Below are positions 39,561-53,813 of a DNA stretch of 64,000 nt, piece by piece; the stretch's first letter is position 1; each line of letters opens with the position of its first letter. Made by a program: the position numbers and the translations under genes. Where the stretch lies: contig CM120641.1 in assembly GCA_051362555.1 (NCBI GenBank), forward strand, positions 24,062,401 through 24,126,400. Reading direction: 5' to 3'. The notes below the pieces were generated by a model. It did not search any database and had not been told where the DNA came from. It saw only the letters and a program-made list of their open reading frames with translations. Source of the stretch: Lingula anatina (lineage: Eukaryota; Animalia; Brachiopoda).

Positions 39561-39852
39561 ATAAAACGATTTTAATCTCTGTTTTCATTTATCGGTCGGA
39601 AAAATAGGATGAAATCGGAAATACATGATTTGGAAAAAAATCCATATTAAATGTCAAGTCTGTATATCTGTATGCATATGGTGCATACTTGAAGGGCAGA
39701 ACATGGTAAAAGCGCTTTTTTTACATTTTAGGTTTTAATTTTCGATTTTATAATCAGCTCGCAAATGCTGGCTCTACGTTTCCAAAATCAAGTAAACTTT
39801 GTGGTAAAATACGCACGTCAATAACTTTCCTTCAGTCTAAATCGATAAAGGT

Positions 39853-39928
39853 TATATTATATTATATTATATTATATTATATTATATTATATTATATTAT
39901 ATTATATTATATTATATTATATTATATT
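39853..39928. repeat. (ATATT)n pentanucleotide microsatellite
   Basis: Direct reading. Confidence 0.95.
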
Positions 39929-40282
39929 GATTTTTTTTCTAGTATTTTTTTGCGGTTTTCCTTTTACGCTTACGCGTTGATGTCATTGGGAAGACAATGT
40001 ATTCACATGTGGTATGCAATATCTAGAAACCACTATGCTTAATCATTATTTCAGTCGAGTTAAGAAGGAAAGTTTACTGAAAATTTCTTATTTAAATCAC
40101 ATACATGTGTGTATGTTACAATTACCAACTAAGGTATATTTTCACAATCTTGTTAAAACGTTCTAAAGATTAGTGTTGACTTGGTGGAATTACAAAACTC
40201 GCTGTATTCTTTCAGAAAATCGTCATATTTTAATCGTTGTTATGGTTGTTACAAGAGTTAAAGTATTTTAGAACACAGCTTT

Positions 40283-40831
40283 CAGGCATACCCAACTACC
40301 AGACTCGGCACCTAAGGATCCTGAATGAACCCGTATATCGGACCACGCTACCCGTTTTCAAGGTGTGTGTCAGATCGCATTTCCGAGGATCACATCCCAG
40401 AACAAATTTTGTAGCACGACTGCGGGCTCATCCACGCTCGGCTGAACAACCTTAAACTGTACTCTTACTTTAGAGTACTCTATTTTATTGTCTCTATGGG
40501 GATATATGGGGACTTTACGACATTCGGTTTGAATGTTTAACCACTTTAGATAGGGCTTTTTTGCATTGTATTAGATTAATGTGGCAGTTTAAGGTTTATC
40601 TAGTGGCTTTCAAATTTATGCGCCCGGTTTTAAAATCATATAGCAATTTTACGACAATCGTTTACTATCCAATCAAGGTGACAGCCGAGCATGCCAGTGC
40701 TCATCCTGTCGGTGTTCTGGCTGATACTCGGAAATGCGATCTGACACACACCTTGAAAACGGGTAGTGTGGTCCGATATACCTGTTAATTCAGGATCCTT
40801 AGGTGCCGAGTCTGGTAGTTGGGAAGGCCTG
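40283..40831. mobile_element. MITE with ~110-bp TIRs and 5-bp TSD (hAT5-like)
   Basis: GCTTT|CAGGC..CCCAACTACCAGACTCGGCACCTAAGGATCCTGAAT ... ATTCAGGATCCTTAGGTGCCGAGTCTGGTAGTTGGG..GCCTG|GCTTT. Confidence 0.8.
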
Positions 40832-41497
40832 GCTTTAACCCCCCCCCCCCCTAAAAAAAATAAATAAAAACTGTCACCTGACTTTGTTATTTAATATTTG
40901 CTGAGAGGCTCAATTATTACCGCACATTGCTGTGCGTGTGACGCCATGTTGAATGGAGACGATTCAGTTTGATCAAGGATTTTAGACCAACCATACACAG
41001 CGAAAAATTGTCTTTCTGAGTTTCAGAGCGAATTGGAAACCATTATTATTAGTAGTAGTATTTCGTACTGGGTCAATGTAAACCTGAAACCATGGTGTCG
41101 CTCTGTTAGTTTTCTTTAAAGCCAACAAGAAGAAAATCAGTTTTTTAGACATGAGCGGTATATTTCAACAGTAAGCCGCTTAGAGCGAGATTAGCATCTG
41201 TCTGTCTATCCAATTACTGAACAATATTGCAGATACCAGAGGTACCCAAAAGGCCCAAGGAAGATCATCTAGGCGTTTCTTATAAAGACTGCATTTGCCA
41301 TTATTCTGAAGCTGAACTGTTTAACTCGCATAGGCACAGATATACAGTATATAACAGAATAAAATATTCTCTTTAGGAAATCATGTGAATTGTGAAATTC
41401 TGAAGGAATGCTTCAAAACTCGACCCAAGAGTAGGCCCACCGATTGTAGGACAATTCTACCATAGGACGAACCCCCCTCCCCCAAATAATATACATA

Positions 41498-43162
41498 CAG
41501 CATTGGTCAAAAAGGTTGTCCCACCCCCATTTCCATGTACTTTTATTTACAAATGATCACCTAACAGCTGTTAATTGTTAGAAATAGTGTTTTTTATTAC
41601 GTATACCGTGCCTAACATGATAAATGGTTTAAAAAATACAAAATAGTGGTGAAAATATACATATTTTATACCATTTAGTAAAATTTATAAGAGGTACCCC
41701 CTCAAATCGACTGTTTCACTGTGACTTATGAAGATGTAAAGAAATGACTATAAAATTAAAAAGACGTCATCAAATGTCACCAAATTCACACACAATTAGC
41801 ATAAGAGTGTGCTCATTAAAGATCATGTGCCTAACAGCGTGTGCGTCTACCGCGTACTGCAATTATTTCCTGTAGACGGCGCGACAAGCCTTCAACACGG
41901 GTTACAATTCTGTTTTGTGGGATATTGTCCCATTATTCTTGAACAAGTTGGGGGAGTTGGTCCACGTTTTTATGGGGTTGGTTCTCCTTTGCATTGCACA
42001 CTCCAATACATGTCACAGTTGATAAGTAAGTTTGATATCAGGGCTCAAAGATGGTGGTTCCATCCTTAGACCATTTTGTTTCTTCAACAAACAGTTGCCA
42101 GGCGAGAGGTGTGAGCAAGTGTGCAGTCATGATAAAGCCTGAAGTTAACCCCAAAGTCAGTTCTTGAAGTTGGAATGAGATATCAGCTGAGAATGCTACG
42201 TCCAGTGATCTCACAGGCACCTGAACCTGGTCATCCATCACTGGAAGGAAGTTGATTTTGATGCAGAATCAAATTATTTCTTGTATCCCATCGATGGTCA
42301 AAGAGGGTCCATAGACATGTTAAAAAATGCCTCTTGGAAGGGTGTGTGCAGGATAATATCGCCTGAGGTGTTAGATCAATCCGCATTTGGAGAACATTCC
42401 AAGCCCATGGTATTAGTACATTGTTCCTTTTGGAACAAAACGTAACAGGGGCATTTTGATGTAACATTCTCAACAGAAATCTCACTCCATTTGCAAGAGG
42501 TGACTTCAGGGATACTACTGGCTTCATTGTGACGGCGCACTTGCTCACAGCTCTCGTCTGGCAAACGATTTGTTGCAGAAACACAGGGCTCTGAGGATGG
42601 GACAACCGTCTTTGAGTCCTGATATTCATCCTACTGAGCACCTGTGGCATAAATTGGAATGTGCTTTGCAGAGGAGAACCAATTCCTAAATAAGCTTGAC
42701 CAGTTCCGCCACGCTCTTTAGGATGAATGGGACAATATCCCACATAACAGAATTGTTACCCATGTTGAAGGCTTGTCGCGCCGTCTACAGGAGATAATTA
42801 CAGTACGCGGTAGACGCACACGCTGTTAGGCACGTGATCTTTAACGAGCACACCCTAATGCTAATTGTGTGTGAATTTGGTGACATTTCATGGCACCTTT
42901 TCAATTTTATAGACATTTCTTTACATCTGTAGATGTAACAGTGAAACAGTCGATTTGAGGGGGTACCTCTTATAAATTTTACTAAATGGTATAAAATATG
43001 TATATTTTCACCACTATTTTGTATTTTTTTAACCATTAATCATGTTAGACACGGTATCCGTGATAAAAAGCACTATTTCTAACAGTTCACAGCTGTGAGG
43101 TGATCATTTGTAAATAAAAGTACATGGAAATGGGGGTGGGACAACCTTTTTGACCAATGCTG
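41498..43162. mobile_element. Tc1-derived 1.67-kb foldback element made of two inverted transposase 3' ends
   Basis: TA|CAGCATTGGTCAAAAAGGTTGTCCC ... GGGACAACCTTTTTGACCAATGCTG|TA, with ~700-bp inverted arms. Plus strand 42235-42790 gives decayed WKEVDFDAES..DG, DGALAHSSR and SPDIHPTEHLW..DEWDNIP. The same C-terminal segment occurs on the minus strand at 41870-42200. Confidence 0.88.
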
Positions 43163-43849
43163 TATGTATACACATATAAAGTAATCCATTTTATGAATTT
43201 TTAGTGTGGATAGAGAGTATTAATCATGAAACAAATAGTTTTATCCAAATTTCATCTACAAGGAGTAAAAGTACAGTATATTTTTCTTAAAAAACTGATA
43301 AAGGTATATCCACCTGCCTTCCGAGTAAAGGTAGGTAAAAAGATAGCAGGTAAATAGATATTTTATCACATAGCAGCTTACGTCAATTTGCCAGTATGTT
43401 TTAGGTTATAACTTGTAATTGTGGTCTTGATATCCTGACCTTTACTTGCTGGTCACCACGTTAATGAGGGCAGTTGTCCTTTTTAATGATAAGTATCAAA
43501 TTGGGTTTATTACCCAAGCTAAGCAGAGGTGGTTACGTAGAGCGGACAGGAAACAATGTTAACCGCGTACAAATTGTATCAATTTAATGTAATTACGATT
43601 TGACAACAGGTGTAATTAGGATAGGATATATCTAAAAAGTTTCATAACAGGTGTTTTATAAGGCGAAATTTGATGTTGAACACAAATATGACGATCATTT
43701 TTTTTCTACAACAATTATTTAGGTTGGTAAAATGACAATTTTCAAAATGGCAGCCAAAACGGCCTAAACGGCCTTTTTCTTATGTTTAGAACATTCCCAA
43801 CTGATGTATGTTGGATTATGATATATTTGGGGAGTTAATGAAGCATTAA

Positions 43850-44107
43850 GGCTTCATTCACATGCAATGTCTATTTTCTAAATTCTATTTTCTATTCGCG
43901 GTATGTCTTATGATCACGGTCTGTGCCCTGAATATCCCGCGGCGTAATTACTGGCAGCGCGAGCCAGTTACCATAAGTTACTATAAGTAACTGGCTCGCG
44001 CTGCCAGTAATTACGCGGCGGGATATTCAGGGCACAGACCTTGATCATAAGATACCGCGAATAGAAAATAGATTTTTAGAAAATAGACATTCCATGTGAA
44101 CGAAGCC
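43850..44107. mobile_element. Palindromic PIF/Harbinger MITE, family A copy 2 (near-perfect hairpin)
   Basis: TAA|GGCTTCATTCACATG ... CATGTGAACGAAGCC|TAA. The arms pair almost to the centre. Confidence 0.85.
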
Positions 44108-45134
44108 TAACTGTCTGTGAAGGGCAAGGATAAAAAGTGATGATATACGAAAGTGAGAGTTCGATCAAAACTTGACAAAGAGTGTTTCTGATATAAGATT
44201 CATCGTATATAAGCACAATGCTTTTTTATATGTAGCCCCAATATGCAGTTATTGTGTTGGAAATGTTTTCAAAGAGAAGAAAAATATTCTTGGACATCCA
44301 GAAATTGGACATTTCCTTGGCAACTTCTTTGCTGGTCTCAGTTCGTGATAGTGATTGCTTCCCCGGCTTCTTTCGTGCAGAACAAAAATATTCCTTCCAC
44401 ATCTTTTTAATATTTTAAAGACATTCACCCTTTGGTTGCTTGAGGTCAGGATAGTTCTGATTCTTCTTCATAATTCACATCCAGCAGAACTTGAACACCT
44501 CATTTCGATTGATCGAGATCTGGCTCTTCCTTCAAGCTTGACAGTAAACTATCAACCAACAAGATAACCAAAGTCCATTTGAAATGTAACAATGGCAGTG
44601 TTTACATAATATATATATTACAACCCTGAAAACACAAAAAAAGGTATCTTACAAACTATGTATCATTTAAATGTCGACGTTGAAACTCTTGTTAAAGCGT
44701 CTGCCATTTTCAAAATCGTCGTTTTACCAATCTAAATGGCTGTTGTGAAAAAAAAAAGTTGCACATATGTGTTAGGCATCATTTTCTGTCATAGAAAACA
44801 CTTATTTATCAAAAATGTGTGCTTCACGCATGCTTATTCAGTACGGATATACATGCTTATACATGTAGTTACTATTGTTACTGTATATGTAGTACACATG
44901 CTTTGTATGCATTTCCAAAAATAGTGAAATGACCGACCTAAAGAATGCCCCTAGCTCAAACTCATCAGAAATGAACTTTTCGACCCATTTTGCATCTAAA
45001 ATCACCTGAGAGATTTCCAAAAAATGTTATTATTTACCCTACCCTAGAGTGATGGTATAATGGTGGGGGGGGGGGGGGAGCAGGGGCTGGGGGGGGGACA
45101 GGGGGACATATGCTACTCTAAAGGAGGATCAGAT

Positions 45135-45136
<2 letters not shown>

Positions 45137-45192
<56 letters not shown>
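45137..45192. repeat. (TA)n microsatellite
   Basis: Direct reading. Confidence 0.95.
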
Positions 45193-45193
<1 letters not shown>

Positions 45194-47538
45194 GTCGAAG
45201 ATTCTGACTCTTCAGTCTAGCTTGACAGTTAACTGTCAGCTCACATGGAAACTGAACTCACTGTAAAATGTACCAATCTCAGTATTAACATCACAAATGG
45301 ATTCTACAACCCCTAAAACATAAGAAAAGACATATGGCACATTATAGTACACTGTGTCTGTGTTACGGCACATATTCACAGCCCACAGGTTTCCATCTTC
45401 ATCACAAGGAAATTAAAAAATGCGTGTGTAAACAAAGCGTGTTTTAAACCCGACATTGGTCTTTTATCCAATTTTGAAACAGGTAGCGGGTCGAGTAGGT
45501 GGATCGATGTAGAAAGTTTATTGTAACAGTAATTCTATCATTTATTTATTTATTCGGAATTTTAAATAATGGAATAAAGTTCAATAATCAGTATTTATCA
45601 GACGTATAGGAATACTGTTGTTTGTCTGGGGAAGAAGTTGACATTTTGATGCAACCTGAAAGCACAAAGTTGATAATCAGCGAGGAGGCTTACAAGTGGA
45701 AACATCGATACCTGAAACTCGCCATTTGCTGGTGCCGTCAAGCTTGAAGTTTTATTTTCACATTTCTAAACATCATTAAATTCAGTCACACTGGTACACA
45801 ACCAGTCATCCCTTATCTATCTCTCTATCTGTCAAGCCATAGCCTCTCAACTGACGTGTTATAATGGCTGCACATGCCAGAAATTGTCAATAAACATATG
45901 GGCACAGAGTGCTATAATGCATAGAACTACTGTGTGCGCATGTAAAAGAGAGAGACAGTCAGGGTGCAAAGGGGTCCTTTGGAGAGTGAAGAGGTATATT
46001 AATAAGTCCTAGGCTGCCTGCCTCATATCTGTGCAAGGATCCACTGAGGAAATACCAGAGGCGTCTAGTCAGATTTAGTAGGTTTTTATAGAAGAATGTG
46101 CTTTTATTTAATTTTGTTTCTGTCGGCAATCCGTTCCACTGAACCATTCCCTGTGCTAGCCCCGATGCACTAAGACGATTGCACAATTGCACAAGGTCGT
46201 TCATGACTGAGAGAGATTTTCTGTTCTGAAGAACACTTAGGCCATTTGTGGTAAATACTGGATATCTGGTGTCGTTTGAGGGAAAGTTCATTGCCGTTCA
46301 TTCCGGAAGGATTCTGGTAACAGATCGACCGTCTTGTTAAAATGAATGTTTAGTACAAAGTCTCACATGGGTTTTAAGTTTCGCTTCATGAAAGGTGAAA
46401 TTGTTGTTACGGATCTTGACGCTACTTAGCCATAACATAAGCTTTTATTACTATAAGTATAGCCAGGCTTGAGAGTCATATCATGTGTATGTGTGTGCCC
46501 GGCCGGCCTGACTTGCTGGAACCACTGTCTATGTCAATCTATAACTCTGCGTTCTCCCAGTGATGTCCAAAACTTTCTCAGCACTGCATATGGCAACTGG
46601 CTGCGCGTAGGAAGATACTTATTTATACTAAAATCTTGGTTCCTGTTATAGTGCTGTCCCTTAATTCTTTGTTTTATAAAATGGACTGAGCCGCATAAAT
46701 TTGGAATGTGGCATTGGTATCTTTGACACTTTTTAATACTTTTTTCAGATTTGCACCTAAGTCAACAGAGTGCCTACACTCTCCATGGGAAACTTTGTAT
46801 ACAAATTTATTGGAATGCTTTTGTATAGTCCTTTTTTATATATCGCCTCCAGGCTTCTTTTTGCGTGTGTAACAAAATAAATAAATAAATGAATAAATAG
46901 AAAATAAAAAGATAGCACTAATTTGTGGTTTATTGTTGAGAAGCTTGCAGTGAAGATAAAATATGAAAAGGGTTCCCTCTCATCTATTTAGCCATGACCA
47001 GGTAAAGTATGCCAGGACATGTACTGGTATACACACAGGCAGAAAAGCTCCTCATCCGTGAATTCTGAAATTATGAGAAGTAAAGAAGCCGTTAAAATTA
47101 TTATGAAAATAATAATAATAAAGAAAACACCTGAGAGATCATGCACCATACAATCAATGGAGATCGAAAGGGTTCTCTTCTGCCTCAGTATTGAAAAAAG
47201 GCCTAGATTTAGCATTCGAATATCGCTCAATTCACTACATATACTTAATAACCATAGTTATTCAAGCGACAGTATAATTTTACCAGGTTATTAATTTTTG
47301 ATTAGCTTTTAATAAGAAGATGTTGCAGATAATTAGTACATGCATGTAGGGCGGAAGCATTACAATCTTTTTTTTATTTTTCAAATTGACTTGCAACATA
47401 AGGTATGATTTTTCCTTGTGCATAGATGAAATATGGACCTTTTACATCTCAGTTCATTAACTTTTCACTTCTGTTCTTTAAATACGCGGTGATTCCTTCA
47501 CTTCATGTCACACTGACTGAGATAAAATTGGTTATATA

Positions 47539-47542
<4 letters not shown>

Positions 47543-47576
<34 letters not shown>
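47543..47576. repeat. (CA)n microsatellite
   Basis: Direct reading. Confidence 0.95.
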
Positions 47577-47579
<3 letters not shown>

Positions 47580-50500
47580 TGCCATGACTACTTAAAGCAA
47601 TATAGCAAATAAATCCTTTTTAATGTTGAATAATGCCGATACCTATCCTATATTGCCATTGGCATTATTACCAATAAAAGAATGTGGGTATTAGCAATGG
47701 CAATTATTTAATGCTGATAAGAAATTCACATCGTACATAGAACTAGAAATTATATTTAATTCTCAATTTGCTTTTTTTACATGGATTAGAATACAGACAG
47801 CAAAATAATTCCTTATGTATTGGCTGTGAATGCCAAGTCACGACGAAAGCCTTCCGTGTTGCGATTCCACTAATGATCAAACCTCACCTTGATTGGATAA
47901 AACCAACAATTGTGTTGAAGCAGAAGGATTTTGAGAAACCATAGTATTATTGACGACATGGAATAAGGTTTGTACAGCTTAAAAAATGGTGATATAATTA
48001 CATGTATGTCTTTTCTGCAATGGGTCGCTACACAATAGTTACGGATTATTAAATCGAATTTGCGAAGCTGTAAGAATCGGTAACTCGATTTTCCGGCTAT
48101 CAAATGTAATCGGAATTGTAATTAACAGACTCTTCCCAAGTGTCATCTCGACAACCTGAGTGATAACGGTGAACCTCCCACATGACATCCGCCACATTCC
48201 CTCTTTTCCCTTGAAAGAAATGACAGCTATTGATAAGAAGAACTCCCCAAAAGACTTCTAAAAAAGGACAATAACATACTGTGCTTTATATGATGTCCGT
48301 GTATTATAAATATAAAGACCTTGGATTGTGTGTATTTTTTCCGCCAAAACTATAATCCAAAACGGAAGCTAATTTTTTTTTACTTAAATCAGGGACAGAA
48401 TAGCTAACTCAGCCATGTTGACATTTTTTCTATTCGGCTGTAGGTCTTTGTCCAAGAATGATGTGTTCCCTTATAAAAAGTGAAGTGTAGACATAGTGTT
48501 GTATCGATATTTTGTCATTTACTAGAACCGCATTTTCTTAGCTAAATGCCGATTTATTAGTAAAGATGAACGCACGTCAAGTGATTTATTATCACTTACT
48601 TCAATTAAATTTATTCTGCCGTTATCGTGTTGCGTTGAAACGTATAGAAACCATAACTGTGGTATAAATTTGAAACTGACAGCGGAATAAAAAATGATAT
48701 AAAAATGTCCTCATGGACAATTTCATATTTGACAATCGAAGCCCCCCTCCTCCAAAAACCCCTGATTTTCCAGTGACCTGTCATAAAAAACCGAAAGACA
48801 TCGCTGCCTGCAATCAAGGTTTTTCTTAGATAGGAAAAGAACCCAGAAACCAGGACAAAAAAAATTAATAAAAAAATAGGCCCTTATTATATAAGTTATT
48901 TTGTCACCAGTAATGACGTGAACTGCAAAACCTTCATTAGACCTATTACTTCTGTTATAACCCTCATTAATTTCTGTCAGTGTGTTATTTAGGCCCCCAG
49001 CGTTTGGTACTTTTACCACATTTGTAATAAGCGTGGGAATATCGAACGCTTGCAACTGCCTAGTTTAGCCGTTACTACCGTGCAGTAGTTATTATATATA
49101 GGAAAATAGGGAAACTGAATTTACAAAAGTCACAAAATTGAACTCTAAGTTCGAGCTGCACACAAAGTCTGACGTGAAAGATCGAATATTTTCTAAGTTA
49201 CAAAGCAAATCAATTTTAGTAATTGATTCCTTATTTTTCAGTCAAATTTCGAATAAAAGGTGTCGTTTTTGGGTCCCAAGAGTGTGCGCTTTTGAAAGTT
49301 TTTTTTTTAAATCAAGAATTGTGTTTTGGATGTCACGTATTAACCAAGGGAATCTTACAGCTGATGGGGGAGTAACGATGTGGGGTAGTAACGATGTGGG
49401 GGAGCTAATGGTGTGCAGGAGTTTCGATGCGGGGACCTTTGCTCAGTGGGATTTGAGATGATCAACCTGTCTACTCTTATGTAACTACACTGATCCTAAA
49501 CAATTTTGTAACAGATAGAAGGGTCTCTGGTAGGGAGTATAGTTCGCGTATTTGTCAACTACATATGTATCAGAACGATCAAGAGGAAAACGGTGTGTTG
49601 TAACGCTGTGATCTGCCATGGTTTGCCAAGATGGTCACAGGCAAAGTGGTGTCACAGAGCATCCGAAATGGGTATAGTAATTGTCGTAACGCAGACTAGA
49701 CTTATCAAAAGTCCATTATCACTGCTAATAAATTCCAACTGAACACGTTTTGACTCGCTTGATTGTCACTTTCATCATTTGGTGAGACAGAGACGCAATT
49801 TGCAAGCGATAAAAAGTCCAATAGGAACAATGATTTAGCATGGTTAAAAGGAATTCAACCTACACTCTAGAGATTGCGTCTTCCCACTCAACTGTTTCAA
49901 CATCAGTAAGGTTTCGGCTTCAACAAGGAACTTACACCTTAAGTCAGTATTAAGATTGAATACAAATTTTGCATACTCTACCTCTAAACACCATTTTGCT
50001 CCTGTTATTGGTATGTGTTCCTCCTTGCCGTGTGTGCAGATTGTCAGAGTAACAAACCCTGTCATTTCGAACTGTTATATCTTGAACTTATAGATTTAAA
50101 GTAGCATCACTAAAATCGTGAATGTTAATGAGGGGCAAATCACAAGTCATATTTTCCTTGCAAACTCTTTCCCATCGGGTGGGCATAAGAGTCTTTAAAA
50201 AATGAGAAAAAGAACACCGAAATTCATATTGCGAAAACAGAAAAATGTCCATCATGATTCAATAACCTTTTATTTTTTAAATATGGCACATTTTGTAACA
50301 TTAAGAAACCATAGTTCTAGATCGAAAAGCACGAAGTAAGTGCTTCGGCGTTTCACGCAAATTCTTTGGATTACAAACAGAACATTGTAATAATATATTT
50401 ATGAATTCAGACGTAACGTAAGAAAAATGTTCTCGAGTGACCTTAATGGTATAAACTACTACTCAGTCGTGACTGAAAATGTAGTCGTCAACAAGATAAA

Positions 50501-51237
50501 CATTGGGTGGGGCAGTCTGAAAGAAGAAGCTCATCATACAAAAGACTACCAAAGTCTGCCATTGCATATTCGGATCATCGTTTTTTTATTTAAGGTCACG
50601 TGGCTGGTATAAAATTTATTGACTGTCCGTTGCATTTTATATCCATCTGTAACATTAAAAAATATGTGTTTGTAGAACCAGTTTTCTGCCTACTGGAAAC
50701 TCCACAAGCAATAAGTCGTCTAAAGGAACCAATTAACAGACAAAATGCACAGATGTTCGCTTCAGATTGCTAGAATGGAAAATTGAATTGCATTTGTCCT
50801 GTGAGATGACTTGTGAAACTTGGTCACACGAGAGTGCTATCTTCAGTTGTTATAGTCTTAAACTTTGTCCACTCAGCTTCACAAATTGATTATTGATATG
50901 ACTTTACACGCTGATGAACAGACTGCACGGGAGCGCCGTTGAACCATACTGACGAAATATTCATGTCATTCATATTTTTACGATAATAAATAGCGTGCGA
51001 GTAAACAACATAGTCTAAACCTTTCATTTCGGCCACGTCTTTCGGTTATGTCCTGAATTTGAAACTCGTGGACCATTTTATAAGGGATTTACCATTGATC
51101 ATCCGTATGGAGCATGGGATGCGGAGGGTCTATCAATTTCAGGGCACTTTATAAATCTTTAAGATTCATCTTGCTGTTTAAGACATGTTAATTATCTCCT
51201 CGGGCTGAATATATGTTGCTCTAATTTACCAACTGTC

Positions 51238-51451
51238 CATCGTACTGGCAGGATCGGTCCAACTTTGCGGGGGATTGTCGCTTGAGTGCAATCATTGGAA
51301 TCGGGTTAATTTTCTGAAACGCCTCCTCCAGCAGCTAATAGAGCAAGTATTGTTTGCTGATTAAGCTAATTCCACTGATGGCACCTTAGCGAAAATCACC
51401 TGAAGAGTTGGACCGACCCAGCTAGTACGATGTGTTAATCTGAATTCGCCC
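51238..51451. mobile_element. Degenerate palindromic MITE, family D
   Basis: CATCGTACT..GGATCGGTCCAACT pairs with AGTTGGACCGACCC..AGTACGATG. Related to 57389-57643. Confidence 0.55.
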
Positions 51452-51462
51452 TAACAATCTCA

Positions 51463-51665
51463 ACCCATCTGTACTCCATCTGACACTGGTCCCATGTGAC
51501 ACACTACCCCATCTGATACTCATCCCACATGACACACAACCCCATTTGACACTCTCATCCCACCTGAAAGCCCAATATCACCATTCTCTTGACACCTCAA
51601 CTCACATGACACAATTTTACATGTAAAACTATATGTGTTTTGACTTCTCGACCCATCTGTCACAC
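51463..51665. repeat. Degenerate ~20-bp minisatellite (CCCATCTGACAC core)
   Basis: Repeated CCCATCTG/CCCATGTGACAC/CCCATTTGACAC units. Confidence 0.6.
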
Positions 51666-53813
51666 TATTCTGCCTGGAATTTTTCCCACGTGGCCTAGGG
51701 ATGTTGCATTCTTAAACAAGGCAATAAAGCCTCAAATGTACAGACATAAAGAAGGGAAAATATGCCCATTTTCAACACTTTTTTACATAATGCAAAATAA
51801 CCAATTTACTATGATTTTTATATGGCCAACTAACAAAATTGTCGAGTTGGGAAAAATACCAATATGCTGAAAAAAAAAAAAACGAAAAAACAGCATAACT
51901 TTTGGAAAAAATGGTCTGTTCAAGCTGATTTTCTAACTTGACCTGTATTTTATGAATATTCATCAGTTCTGTCATTTTGAAGACAAAAGGTAAAACGGGT
52001 TTCATTTTATTTATATAACACTAAAAGTGCACAGCGACGACGACAGACACAGGCCACGGCTATATGTACAGACACATCTGTGTCTGCACATAACCAGCTA
52101 CTCCTATCTCAGCACAGGAGAGCGAAAACTACAGAAAATGAGCTATAATGACTATAATGCCTTGACTGAGATCACGATATGGCACGGTGCTGCATCCGAC
52201 TGCAATTAATATTGTGATGTTATTGGTGTGACTCAAAGATTTCGCTGTATAAATCACAGCACTCACATTGCGATACGGCGGTTTAAATTTTCTCACTTTC
52301 TTGCATTTTTTTTTTTTTTTTTTTTTTGCATCTGGTTGCCGCCGTTGTAAAATGTTTTGTCATTTTTTCGTCAACTTTTTCGTGAAACTGTAAATCGTCA
52401 ATTGTAAATGCTAATCTAACAGTATTCATCAGACTTCCCTTCCAGCCAGGCCCCCAAACCCAAGGCCTTAGTCCGGTTGAAACAGATGCTCTACAGAACC
52501 AGGGATTTTCCTGGATTATTATCAAACAACGTAAATTAATTCCATCGTCCAAATATCCATTCACACCAATATTCCCCAATATCCCATTTTCTTCACCTCA
52601 AGAATCTGTTCACTGCAGTATGATGTAGAACTATCGTTCTTGTCTTTTCAGTCATAAGCTGATACATGTGCACAGAATATTTTCGCAAAATAATAAATAA
52701 ATAAACATATGAATTATTTTATTTGACAAAACGAATATGAAAGCAAAGCACATTGTCCTTATTCTCACGTACAATGATAAGTTGGTGAATCAAAGCATAT
52801 ACACAGAAGCGGAATTATTTATTATGATGAGAACAAATGCAGGTCGTGTATTCAATATCATCACATTTCCATACTAACGTTAGTACCTTTGTATATGAAT
52901 ACATTCCGGACATGGTGTCTTTGACTTGTCAAGTATTCATTGTGGAGACCGGCTGTTTTATGACGATCGACCACAACTTCTAAACAGCAATTGTACCGTC
53001 ACCGAACAATTGCAGGTGGTGCCATCGCGAAGTAATCAAAACTCACCCGTAGGGTGTGGGGTGACCTGACGCATGGGTATTTTGAATGTCGAAATTGATG
53101 CTCAGTGGATTTTTTTTTCTCGTTGCAATTACTGTTCCTCGTGTAATCCGATAAGAGGAGTAGCCGATGAAGTTGACATGATGTGCAGGTTTTAAGTTTT
53201 TTTGCCGTTTTTCTAAGAGGTAACAATTGACAGAGTGAGAAACCGGCGCGTCCAGGAGGATATCACACCTGTCTGACTAGTGATAGAGCAGTAACATGGC
53301 GGATGCAGGTAATACGATAAATGCGGCTTATTCGGCACGACAGATCAGTAAAATTATCGACAAAGCTGAAATATGAAAATACTTGGCTATTAAAGCATAG
53401 CACGTTATTTTTTTGTATGGTAAGCTTTACTGATACAAGTTCTAATATTACAGGAGATATGGCTCAGGCACGCATATTTTGCGTGGTACAAAATAAGTAC
53501 AGGTACATTTATATGAATGTAGATAATAAATACAACAAAAGGTGACATATACAGCGTGTATTCAGTGTGGCGGTAGTCTGAAATAGATTTGCATTTATTC
53601 CCTTACGAAACATATTAGGCCTATCGTATAATTGGAGGTATCTCCGTCAACCTGCCTTAGTTTTTGTATCATTCGTTGACATTTGAGTCGCCATCAAAAC
53701 CTGGTCGTAACGCAACACTAGTGTAAATGAGTCCAGTTTTGTAGAAAGTGCATAATGATTGAAAATGAGGCCCATAATGTGCATGTGTATGATGGGTTCA
53801 AGGGTGGAACTAA

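Noticed and set aside
45959-47000. 110-aa minus ORF and exon-like pieces (46316 donor, 46749 acceptor, ATGACCAG|GTAAAG near 46993) as 5' exons of the Sushi-TM gene
   Set aside because: No recognisable domain, stops in the required frame, or a phase incompatible with the phase-1 CCP exon; could only be UTR.
52440-52500. tRNA/SINE head-like GTAGAGCATCTG...GGGTT on the minus strand
   Set aside because: Too degenerate to fold or to call.
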